The notes beneath the pieces were generated by a model. The model saw only the letters and a list, made by a program, of their open reading frames with translations, did no database searches and was not told where the DNA came from. Below are positions 22,134-33,300 of a stretch of 64,000 bases of DNA, in pieces (positions within the stretch are counted from its first letter, which is position 1; the number at the start of each line of letters is the position of its first letter). The stretch is from Nemertoderma westbladi (lineage: Eukaryota > Animalia > Xenacoelomorpha): positions 62,001 to 126,000 of the forward strand of contig JAUCBJ010008661.1 of NCBI GenBank assembly GCA_032718475.1, written 5' to 3'. The position numbers were made by a program, and so were the translations under genes.

Positions 22134-22288
22134 CCCTATCCCCCACCCCCACCCCCCCTCCATCCCCCCACCTCCCTCACCCCCTATCCCCCAACCCCCA
22201 CCCCCCACCACCCCATCCCCCATCCTCCATCCCCCATCCGCCCCCCATTACCCCACCCCCTATCCCCCATCCCCCCACCTTCACCCCA
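22134..22288 (-). repeat. C-rich low-complexity tract (G-quadruplex potential on - strand)
   Basis: Dense CCCC(A/AT) runs over ~150 bp. Confidence 0.8.
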
Positions 22289-24041
22289 CGATTGAGGTTA
22301 AACACTTACCCCTTTCGGCAGTCGGCACCAGTAAAATTATATCTCAGTACAGGCAAATTGAACGCAACGGGAACTCCATTGTCTCCATTCAGACAGTGTC
22401 TCGCTTCAATCTTATGTTAAGAGAAGCAGAAATGATCGTTGTGACTTATTTGACAACTGTCAGAACTTCCTTCGACTATTGGCGTAGAAATAAATAATAA
22501 ATCTAAGATTTTGTGAGGCATTCATGCAGAACAATAGACATATATTAGTTTCTTTCAATGATTTTAATGAGCAGACAGATAAGCAAAGAAAATTATGACA
22601 GAACTTATATTCGGTTTGTTAACACTATCTAGTGTGACACTTAGAAATCAACCAAGTGCGAACATAAATAGACACGAGTTTCTATTTATCGCCACTCTTC
22701 CGCATTCGTTATTTATTTAGTTGTAGACGAGTGTAGATTTCCTTGTGCAAATGATTACGAAGTGGTGGAAAATTATTAGAAAAACGTGTCCAACGGTCTA
22801 ATTCTAGTCGATATGAATAAATGTTATCAACCAAACAACACATTACATTTTTTACGTATTTGCAAATGTTATATTTTTTAAGAAGAAATCAATTATTTAG
22901 TTATATTTTTGTTAATAAATTGTGACAATAATTAAATAAATTATTTACTAAGCTGTTTTTTTTCTCACATTACAAGTTACGTAGTTGAACGCGGTTGTGA
23001 ACGGTTATATAAGAGTACATTTTACAGGCACCTATTTTTCGACTCACAAAAAATTATAAAATTTCCACAAAAATTTATAAGAGTTTCACTAAAAATAATG
23101 ATTTTCACTAAATATAAACGCTTATCACTAAAAGTAATCATTTATCTATAAAAAAAATCATTTTATTATTAAAAAAACTATATTTATCAATAAAACTAAT
23201 CTTTTCTTCACTAAATGTAATAATTATTAGCGAAAACAGGTTAAAACTTGTGGAAAATGAATAAATTTAGTGGAAAGTGATAAAGTTTAGTGAATGACTA
23301 TATTTGGTGGATACAAAATTAGACATAATTAAAACATAATTATGTTTAGTGGAAATCCAATTATAAATAAACACCATGTCCCGTAATATAGTGTCATTTT
23401 CTGATGACACGGACCCCCCCCCCCCCCCAGATTGTTCTACAAATCTTTATCATATTTCTTGAAATTTGAAACACCACTAGTTCCACTCACCGTCGATGAC
23501 CCCATGAAGCCGGAATTTTCGATATTGCCTCTAAATTTTTTTTATAAGCGTTTTAAAAAAGTGTCTTTTGCGAAATCGCACCCTCCGTATCGTGGACATT
23601 AGTCATAATTTTTTCATATCATTAAAAAGCGTGCCTTGCAAGGATTCGAAATATGTAACAATATCTGAATTTCGTTGAGAAACAGCTGAGATATAGGCGT
23701 TCAAAGATTGCAAGAAGTATTGTTAGCTGAAGGCCACTTATTCTATTTAATAAATAAACGATGTTCTGTAACATTTTGTTTAAGTATGAATAGCTACGCA
23801 ATAGATATATTGGATAGGAATACCGCTGTTGCCAACCTATAAAATAAATAACACATTCTAGAATTTTGTGTATTTATTAAATAAAATAAATGGGTGGACA
23901 GCTAACGATAATATATGTATAATATATTATATAATATATATAATATATATATATATACATATAACATGTCCATCCAAAGCCATTTCAGTATATTTACGTT
24001 TGGCTTTTAAGGGACACGATTATATACAACATAGGCTTTAA

Positions 24042-25595
24042 CCCTATTAAACCCGGGGGGGGGTCAATATGACCCCTCCCGTGGTTTTTTTATTATAATT
24101 CTGAAACTAACGCAGTTGGGAATCTGAAATTTTGTGACTTTTCCTAAAAATCTATTGTCTTCCTAGTAGTGAAAACCGTTTTCAAAAATATTGGGTACTT
24201 TTCGAGTTATAGCACCATTTTTTAACCCTACTTTTGGCACTTTTTTTGAGACGTTTTTTGAAAATTACATTTCATTAAATATTAATTGTAACATCTCTAT
24301 TTTTGATTTACACCGGTTTTTTGGTGTTAGAAATTTGATGGAATTCATATAAATTGATTTAGAAATTTCAAACTTGTTTTTTTCGGTGGGTGCCAAATTT
24401 TGGTGCCAGCACCAAATTTTGAAATAAGTCAATTTTGTAAATTGATCGTTTGAAACTTGTTTTTTACGCAATTGGGGTTTTTTGGGTTTCTGGATTCGAT
24501 GAAATATATACGAGTTGCACCAAGCGTATCAAAATTGTATTTTTCGGTGCTGTGTGCAAATTTTGGTGCTAGCACGAAATTTTGAAAATCTGTTCAATAG
24601 ATAAAATTGCTTGTGACAATTTATTTCTAGAGGTTTTAGAGGTTTATGGCTGTTCTGAATTCAATGGAAAATACAATTATCGAACTAGACATCTCAAACT
24701 TGTATTTTTCGGATGTGGGTGCAAAATGTGGTGCTAGCACCACATTTTGAAAACCATCAAATATATCAATTGATTGTGTCACCTTGTTTCTTGCGTTATA
24801 CGGGTTTGTGATGGTTCTGAATTCAATGGAATCAGTAAAAACTTCATAAGAGTTCTCAAACTTGTATTTTTCGCCGGTGGGTGAAAATTGTTGTGCCAGC
24901 ACCAAATTTTGGAAAATATGCAAATTAATAAGTAGATAGTATCACCTTGTTTCTTGCGTTATACGGGTTTATGAGGGTCCTGAATCCGATGGAATCAATA
25001 AAAACAGCACTGGACATCGCAAACTTGTACTTTTTGGTGATGGGTACGAAATTTGGTGCTAGCACCAAAATTTGCCAAATTACGCCGAAAAATACAAGTA
25101 GCAATGATCTGGCGTATTAGAAATATATTCCATTAGAATCAGCGCCCTCGAAAACCTGAAAATGTGAATTTATAGCATCGTATAAGTGAATTAAAAATTT
25201 TGTGTTCTAACTGAAAAGTGCTGGTTACTTGTTTTTTTCATTTTTTTTCCTACGCAGAGAGGACTAAACAGCCATTTATAGTAATCATATCATTTTTTAA
25301 TATTTTGCAATGTATTTTGCACCCCAGAAAACCTGTATTGAAAAATAATTAGCCGAAAATGTAACTTTCAAATTTTGTGAAAATTGTGCACTACTTGTAA
25401 TTTTGGTGCTGCAATATAACCACCCCAGTACATTTTTTCGAAAATTTTTTTTTTCGGTCGGATCCAGACAAGTGATACCTACGCACAAACAAAAAATCAG
25501 CCGTTTTCGTAAATATTTGTAGATTTTAGAGGGGGGGGTCAATATGACCCCCTCCCGGTATTTGTACAACATTTTATAGCCCGGTACTAATAGGG
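24042..25595. mobile_element. Non-autonomous piggyBac-type DNA transposon (MITE)
   Basis: TTAA (24038-41) CCCTATTA...TAATAGGG TTAA (25596-99); imperfect 16-bp TIRs; subterminal palindromes GGGGTCAATATGACCCC at both ends; no transposase. Confidence 0.88.
24290..25160. repeat. About five diverged ~165-bp tandem units inside the MITE
   Basis: AAACTTGTATTTTTCGG...AAATTTTGGTGC(T/C)AGCACCAAATTTT recurs at ~24370, 24531, 24697, 24858 and 25021. Confidence 0.82.
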
Positions 25596-25931
25596 TTAAA
25601 GGGCCATTTTTGGCTTTTGAGGGACATGTCCTCTGGAAGCCATGGTGGCTCTTTGGGGGACACAGTAAGGATTGCATTTTGCGATACATGGCTCTTGGGG
25701 TACATATGTCCTAGCGAAGCCACTTACAATGGAACCCATGTTTGGTTTGTATTGAATTGCTTATCATTTTCTTATTAAATTGTCTCTTGCTTGTTAATTA
25801 ATAACGTTTTCAGTGTTATTTTGTTTTAATTAATATTCGTTTCAATTTTTTTTAATTTAATTTTAATTTAAAAACTTAGTTTTGGTCGAAGTTATTCAAA
25901 ACTCTTTCACACATTTTAACTACATACATAT

Positions 25932-28225
25932 ATATAGACTGTAATGCATTTACACTTCGACCCTTCTCCAGTGATCACCGCCTTATTGTGGCCAAGGTAA
26001 GACTTAGTCTGCGTGCTAGCAGAACAACGAAATCTGCCTTTCCGCGGCATGACTGGTCCTCTCTGTTGCAACAGCCAAGTGTGAGATCCAGCTTCACACT
26101 ACAGCTGAGCAACAGGTATGAGGCTCTTGCCTCTGAGGCGGCAGATCACTGTGAGGGCTATACTGCCTTTACAGAAGCGGTTAAGTTAGCAGCTGCAGAA
26201 ACAGTTCCTGTATACCCTCGAAACAGGAAAAGGGCCCCCTGGACTGACAACAAAATTCAGAAGTGCCGAAATGACCTTCATAAGGCGCAGAAAGAGTCCC
26301 GACTCAAACAGACTACAGCGGCCAAGAATGCAGTTAAGGCTGCATCTAGGTCCCTGAACAGGCAGTACTCTGTTAATCTACAGGAGCTAATAAACCAACA
26401 GGTTGATGCCATCAATGATGCTGACGACAGCAGGCAATCATCCCAGGCATGGAAATCAATCAATCTGCTTACTGGGCGGAAAAGCCAACCAACCACCAAG
26501 GTTAAGGCTGAATCACCAGCCGATCGCCTCAATGGTTGGAAAGCCCACTTTGAAAAGCTCCTCAATAATGACAGGGTATTGCCTGATAACTTTATAGAAG
26601 TAAAAGTGTCTGAGTCTGTACTCCCAGATATTCCCATTGGCGATATCTCCTTTGCAGAAGTGAAGGCTGCTGCAAAGAGCATTAAGACCAATCGTGCCAG
26701 TGGAGTAGATGGTGTTCCCCCTGAGGTCTTTAAAATACCTGAGTGTTTAAAGCTCATCTATCCCATCATAGTAGACATGTACCGAACAACAAGAGTCCCA
26801 CAAGAAATGAAAACAAATAAGTTGGTGCCAGTTCCCAAGAAGGGCAACTTAACACTCTATGGTTCTTTTCGGGGAATCTCATTGATCTCGATTGCTGCAA
26901 AGATATACAATAGGATTCTATTAAATCGCATCAGGGATCCCATTGAGAGACTGCTCCGTGGAAATCAGAATGGGTTCCGTAAAGGTCGTGGGACCATGGA
27001 GCCCATTTTGGCACTGAGAAGGATAATTGAAGAATTATCAAAAAAGAAAGACAGGCATCTGGCTGTTATCTTTGTTGACTTCTTCAAGGCCTTTGATTCA
27101 GTCTCTCGCTCACGTATGTTCAGCATACTTTCATTATATGGGATTCCTGATGAAATTATTGCAGCAATCAGATCAGTATACGATGGTTCGACAACATTTG
27201 TGTCTACTGTTGACGGTGACACAGAACCATTTGAAGTGTTATGGGGCGTCCTCCAAGGAGACACACTTGCACCATTCTTGTTCATTATTGTGGTTGACTA
27301 TGTTCTACGCATGTCCTTAGATCATCATAATGATGATGGGGTGATGATAACTCCATCTACTGGCTCCAGAAGTCGAGGAAATCCTGCAAAGTACCTAACT
27401 GATCTAGACTTTGCTGATGACTTAGGAGTACTTTCAGAATCATTAGAGGGAGCCCAACGGCTCCTCAGCTCATTAGAACATGCTGCTTCTAGTGTTGGTC
27501 TTTTTATTAACTCCAGAAAGACCAAAATTCTGACCGTTAACTTTGAAAGTCCTCAGCAAGTCTCTGATCGGATGAGCATAAGCTCAAAGGATGGTATGCT
27601 TGAGCATGTGGACGACTTCTGTTACCTGGGATCATGGATCCGGAAGTCAGGTGAGGACCTTCGAATACGTAAGGGAAAGGCCTGGGTAGCCTTGAATAGG
27701 CTTTCCAGGATTTGGAAGTCACCGAGAATTAATCGGAAACTTAAGGTCCGATTATTTAGAGCAGCAGTAGTTCCAGTACTCCTCTACGGGAGTCCATGCT
27801 GGGCTCTAACTGCTGAGGACACCAAATCTCTGGATGGCACATTCACAAGAATGCTACGCCGGGTTCATTGTGTCAAGTACAATGCACACATATCCAACCA
27901 GACACTATATAACATTGGAGGTGTCTCATTGGTTCCCCCAAGCTTGACACTAGAACAAAATCGCCTCCGCTTTGCAGGACATTGCTTTCGCCGTGAGGAC
28001 CAGCCAGTGCATAATCTTGTACTTTGGCAGCCTCATGGAGTGAATAAGCATGGTGGACAGCCCATGACTTTCTTGAGACGCATCTTAAAGGTCACTGGCC
28101 TTAAAGATGCGGATGATCTAGCAAATGTCATGGGTGATAGGGAGTTGTGGCGGTGCAATTTTGTTGACAAGCCGGCACAGCATTCTTAAAAATGCAGCTG
28201 CAATGCAGCATGCCGATCCTAGTAG
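25932..28225 (+). mobile_element. 5'-truncated RTE/RTE-X-like LINE
   Basis: Begins in the endonuclease tail (SDH motif); short 3' UTR ending in TAGTAG; TSD TACATACATAT at 25921-25931 and 28226-28236. Confidence 0.9.
25934..28189 (+). CDS. LINE reverse transcriptase ORF (N-terminally truncated, uninterrupted)
   Basis: Motifs FRGISL, NQNGFRKGR, FVDFFKAFDSV, VLQGDTLAPFLF, LDFADD, YLGS and RLRFAGHC; no internal stops. Confidence 0.92.
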   Translation: MDCNAFTLRPFSSDHRLIVAKVRLSLRASRTTKSAFPRHDWSSLLQQPSVRSSFTLQLSNRYEALASEAADHCEGYTAFTEAVKLAAAETVPVYPRNRKRAPWTDNKIQKCRNDLHKAQKESRLKQTTAAKNAVKAASRSLNRQYSVNLQELINQQVDAINDADDSRQSSQAWKSINLLTGRKSQPTTKVKAESPADRLNGWKAHFEKLLNNDRVLPDNFIEVKVSESVLPDIPIGDISFAEVKAAAKSIKTNRASGVDGVPPEVFKIPECLKLIYPIIVDMYRTTRVPQEMKTNKLVPVPKKGNLTLYGSFRGISLISIAAKIYNRILLNRIRDPIERLLRGNQNGFRKGRGTMEPILALRRIIEELSKKKDRHLAVIFVDFFKAFDSVSRSRMFSILSLYGIPDEIIAAIRSVYDGSTTFVSTVDGDTEPFEVLWGVLQGDTLAPFLFIIVVDYVLRMSLDHHNDDGVMITPSTGSRSRGNPAKYLTDLDFADDLGVLSESLEGAQRLLSSLEHAASSVGLFINSRKTKILTVNFESPQQVSDRMSISSKDGMLEHVDDFCYLGSWIRKSGEDLRIRKGKAWVALNRLSRIWKSPRINRKLKVRLFRAAVVPVLLYGSPCWALTAEDTKSLDGTFTRMLRRVHCVKYNAHISNQTLYNIGGVSLVPPSLTLEQNRLRFAGHCFRREDQPVHNLVLWQPHGVNKHGGQPMTFLRRILKVTGLKDADDLANVMGDRELWRCNFVDKPAQHS

Positions 28226-29054
28226 TACATACATATTATTATTAATAAAGGAAGGTTTTTCTGTTTACATGTAGTTTGATGATGCTGTTTGATGCAGTTA
28301 ATGAATTTAACTGCCAGTTAGCAGTTTAACTATTGCATATCTTGACATCTACAATTTCTATTAAAACATTAAAATTTGCAACACTTGCATGTAAACAACA
28401 CTTGAATGTGGTAACCAAAACAATAAACTAAACACAATAGAACAAGTTACAGTTTTATTTTTGGTGGTGATAACCCATTTACTGTAAATTATTAACATAA
28501 TAATTATTAATATGTAGCCTACAGTAGTGAATAGCTACTGTGACGAAAATGGCTTTAGTAGGACCTACGTCCCTCAAGAGCCACTGCTAATTAGACCAAT
28601 TGTTGAGTACATACAATTTTTTATTCGCCAAAGTGTGTTCATCTAGAGCCAATATTCGAGAACCAATGAGATAGTGTTTTAGGTTTTTCTCCGTCACCTC
28701 GGAATGTCGGAAAGGTATAATCATCTCGGAAAGGAAAGGCATATTTTTCTTGCAAGCATACAGTACTCATCCCGGAAAGGATACTCATCTTAGTTGACAT
28801 GCACATCTCCGAAGACATTACACATCTCAGAGAGCATAGATAATCTGTGTGACATAGACCTATATATCCTGCCCCGACTTTTCTATTTCATCTGTCCGAC
28901 TGACGACATCCTTCCGTGAGTTTTGTGTATCGCTAATTAAAGGTATTCATTAAAGACTTACTGTAAAATCGGACATCTGTATGTCCATTCGTCAATTCGT
29001 AATCTGATGCGAGGAAACATAAATATTAATAGAGTATGTCTAAAGTTTATCTAA

Positions 29055-29491
29055 GTTTAAGGGGTGCTAATTTCATTTCTGGTGTCAGTTTTCACTTTTA
29101 CATAAATCTAGTCTGTCGGTCTGTCGGTCTTTGTGTCAATCAGTCTGTCAAAACTTAAAAAACAATACAAACTAACTAACATTCTCGCTATGGGGGTTTT
29201 AAGGGGTGCTGATTTCATTTCTGATATCAGTTTTCTTGTTTACAAAAATCTAGTCTGTATGTCTGTCGGTCTTTGAGTGAGTCAGTCTGTCAAAACTTAA
29301 AAAAAAATACAAACTAACTAACATTCTCGCTATGTGAGTTTTAAGGGGTGCTGATTTCATTTCTGATGTCAGTTTTCACGTTGACATAAATCTAGTATGT
29401 CTGTCTGTCGGTTTGTGACCCATGATGTATACGCCTGCATCATAGCCCATATAGTGGTGACGCATACGCCTGCGTCATAGGTGCGAAAGGG
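29055..29491. mobile_element. Fragment of a second piggyBac-type MITE: three 142-bp units plus one terminus
   Basis: AAGGGGTGCT(G/A)ATTTCATTTCTG at 29059, 29201 and 29343; repeated TGA(T/C)G(T/C)ATACGCCTGC(A/G)TCATAG; ends AAAGGG-TTAA (TTAA at 29492-95). No matching left end was found. Confidence 0.6.
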
Positions 29492-30386
29492 TTAATGCAT
29501 ATTCTGATTTAGAAGGTTAGAAAAATATATTTTTTTGGTAACTGATTGTTCAATATAACTACTCTAAGCACAGATAGTAAATATGGGAAAAAAGAGAAGC
29601 ATTGAAGTTTCAAGCACAAAATTCCGAATTTTAGTGAAACCCAAATTACCCCATTTTTACTGCACTGTTCAGTACAATGTGATGTGTCCAATGCGCAGCC
29701 ATACATTATACAAGTTTATAAATCGTGCTATTCGAAAATATCAAACTTATTAAACACTGTCTTTTTCTACTCAAAAGTCATATATATAATCGTGTGTCCC
29801 TAAAAAGCCACTTTTTTGTTCGAAAAATCGAAAATACAAATTTTAGTAAATTTATATTTTCTGAATAGCTGTAACAACAAATTAACAACTTTAAATGTTC
29901 AATATAGTAAGTATGGCAAAAATTAGAAACATTGAAACAGTTTCAAGCGCAAAAAATGAAATTATGTATACGTGAAAATCCATTATTCTTGATAATCCTA
30001 GAAAGTTCCCCAAATGGTATGAAATATGTAGAGTACTGCTATGTTTGTCATGATAACGAAAGATATATTAGAAAAAAAATTAACGTTCCTGGAACAAAAT
30101 TTATCACATATTTTAGATATTAATATTATTATTAACTATTATATTATCTATTAATATTTGATTCCAATATCTGAAGTTTTAAGATTCGTCTTTTAAAAAA
30201 TGATATATATTTTTGGCTCTATAGGGACATTGGATATACATCTTTTGGGGTCCAGAAAAGCCACTGCTCCCCTTGGGATATATTATGTTATAAATACTTT
30301 TGAAAATATAACATGCAAAATATATTTCTTTGGGTGAATCTTTTCTCTATTCTTTTTTTCTCTTTTTTTCTTGATGCAAAAAAAAA

Positions 30387-33300
30387 ATGGAGTTCGTGGA
30401 TCTCTGGATGGGTTCTTGTGTATGGAGTTCGTGGATCTGTGGATCCGTGGATGGGTTCTCGTATATGGAGTTCGTGGACCCGTGGATGGGTTCTCGTGTA
30501 TGGAGTTCGTGGATCTGTGGATGGGTTCTCGTGTATGGAGTTCGTGGATCTGTGGATGGGTTCTCGTATATGGATTTTGTGGATCCGTGGATGGGTTCTC
30601 GTGTATGGAGTTCGTGGATCTGTGGATGGGTTCTCGTGTATTGTGTTTGTGGATCTGTGGATGGGTTCTCGTGTATGGAGTTCGTGGATCCGTGGATGGG
30701 TTTTCGTGTGTGGAGTTCGTGGATCTGCGGATGGGTTCTCGTGTATGGAGTTCGTGGATCTGTGGATGGGTTCTTGTGTATGGAGTTCGTGGTTCCGTGG
30801 AAGGTTTCTCGCGTTGGAGTTCGTGGATCTCTGGATGGGTTCTTGTGTATGGAGTTCGTGGATCTGTGGATTGGTTCTCGTGTATGGAGTTCGTGGTTCC
30901 GTGGAAGGTTCCTCGTGTTGGAGTTCGTGGATCTGTGGATGGGTTCTCATGTATGGAGTTCGTGGATCAGTGGATAGGTTCTCGTGTATGGAGTTCGTGG
31001 ATCTGTAGATGGGTTCTCGTGTATGGAGTTCGTGGATCTGTGGATGGGTTCTCGTGTATTGTGTTCGTGGATCTGTGGATGGGTTCTCGTGTATGGAGTT
31101 CGTGGATCCGTGGATGTGTTCTCGTGTATGGAGTTCGTGGATCCGTGGATGTGTTCTCGTGTATGGAGTTCGTGGATCCGTGGATGTGTTCTCGTGTATG
31201 GAGTTCGTGGATCCGAGGATGGGTTCTCGTATATGGAGTTCGTGGATTCGTCGATGGGTTCTCGTGTATGGATTCGTGGATCCGTGGATGTGTTCTCTTG
31301 TATGGAGTTCGTGGATCTGTGGATGGGTTCTCGTGCATGGAGTTCGTGGATCTGTGGATGGGTTCTCGTGTACGGAGTTCGTGGATCTGTGGATGGGTTC
31401 TCATGTATGGAGTTCGTGGATCCTTCTCGTGTATGGAGTTTGTGGATCTGTGGATGGGTTCTCGTGTATTGTGTTCGTGGATCTGTGGATGGGTTCTCGT
31501 GTATGGAGTTCGTGGATCCGTGGATGGGTTCTCGTGTATGGAGTTCGTGGATCTGTGGATGGGTTCTCGTGTACGGAGTTCGTGGATCTGTGGATGGGTT
31601 CTCGTGTATGGAGTTCGTGGTTCCGTGGAAGGTTTCTCGTGTTGGAGTTCGTGGATCTGTGGATGGGTTCTCGTGTACGGAGTTAGTGGATCTGTGGATG
31701 GGTTCTTGTGTATGGAGTTCGTGGTTCCGTGGAAGGTTTCTCGTGTTGGAGTTCGTGGATCTGTGGATGGGTTCTCGTGTATGGAGTTCGTGGATCTGTG
31801 GATGGGTTCTCGTGTATGGAGTTCGTGGTTCCGTGGAAGGTTTCTCGTGTTGGAGTTCGTGGATCTGTGGATGGGTTCTCGTGTATGGAGTTCGTGGATC
31901 TCTGGATGGGTTCTCGTGTATGGAGTTCGTGGATCTCTGGATGGGTTCTCGTGTACGGAGTTCGTGGATCTGTGGATGGGTTCTCGTGTATGGAGTTCGT
32001 GGTTCCGTGGAAGGTTTCTCGTGTTGGAGTTCGTGGATCTGTGGATGGGTTCTCGTGTACGGAGTTAGTGGATCTGTGGATGGGTTCTTGTGTATGGAGT
32101 TCGTGGTTCCGTGGAAGGTTTCTCGTGTTGGAGTTCGTGGATCTGTGGATGGGTTCTTGTGTATGGAGTTCGTGGTTCCGTGGAAGGTTTCTCGTGTTGG
32201 AGTTCGTGGATCTGTGGATGGGTTCTCGTGTATGGAGTTCGTGGTTCCGTGGAAGGTTTCTCGTGTTGGAGTTCGTGGATCTGTGGATGGGTTCTCGTGT
32301 ATGGAGTTCGTGGTTCCTTGGAAGGGTTCTCGTGTTGGAGTTCGTGGATCCGTGGATCCGTGGATGGGTTCTCATGTATGGAGTTCGTGGATCTGTGGAT
32401 GGGTTCTCGTGCATGGATTCGTGGATCCGTGGATGGGTTCTCGTATATGGAGTTCGTGGATCCGTGGATGGGTTCTCGTGTATGGAGTTCGTGGATCCGT
32501 GGATGGGTTCTCGTGTATGGATTCGTGGATCCGTGTATGGGTTCTCGTGTATGGAGTTCGTGGATCCGTGGATAGGTTCTCGTATATGGAGTTCGTGAAT
32601 CTGTGGATCAGTGGATGGGTTCTCGTGTATGGAGTTCGTGGATCCGTGGATGTGTTCTCGTGTATGGAGTTCGTGGATCCGTGGATGTGTTCTCGTGTAT
32701 GGAGTTCGTGGATCCGTGGATGTGTTCTCGTGTATGGAGTTCGTGGATCCGAGGATGGGTTCTCGTATATGGAGTTCGTGGATTCGTCGATGGGTTCTCG
32801 TGTATGGATTCGTGGATCCGTGGATGTGTTCTCTTGTATGGAGTTCGTGGATCTGTGGATGGGTTCTCGTGCATGGAGTTCGTGGATCTGTGGATGGGTT
32901 CTCGTGTACGGAGTTCGTGGATCTGTGGATGGGTTCTCATGTATGGAGTTCGTGGATCCTTCTCGTGTATGGAGTTTGTGGATCTGTGGATGGGTTCTCG
33001 TGTATTGTGTTCGTGGATCTGTGGATGGGTTCTCGTGTATGGAGTTCGTGGATCCGTGGATGGGTTCTCGTGTATGGAGTTCGTGGATCTGTGGATGGGT
33101 TCTCGTGTACGGAGTTCGTGGATCTGTGGATGGGTTCTCGTGTATGGAGTTCGTGGTTCCGTGGAAGGTTTCTCGTGTTGGAGTTCGTGGATCTGTGGAT
33201 GGGTTCTCGTGTACGGAGTTAGTGGATCTGTGGATGGGTTCTTGTGTATGGAGTTCGTGGTTCCGTGGAAGGTTTCTCGTGTTGGAGTTCGTGGATCTGT

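Noticed and set aside
22306-22320. TTACCCCTTTCG as the left TIR partner of the AAAGGG-TTAA end at 29491
   Set aside because: TTAA is not intact and similarity ends after ~8 bp; the subterminal repeats are absent.
22066-22497. Proline-rich 143-aa ORF
   Set aside because: Translation of a C-rich low-complexity tract; no other coding evidence.
28690-28840. Short degenerate CATCTCGGAAAG repeats
   Set aside because: Few, irregularly spaced copies; likely an old TE remnant that cannot be assigned from sequence alone.
30391-30410. CENP-B-box-like TTCG...A..CG in the monomer
   Set aside because: The spacing is one base short and CGGG is absent, so it does not fit TTCGnnnnAnnCGGG.
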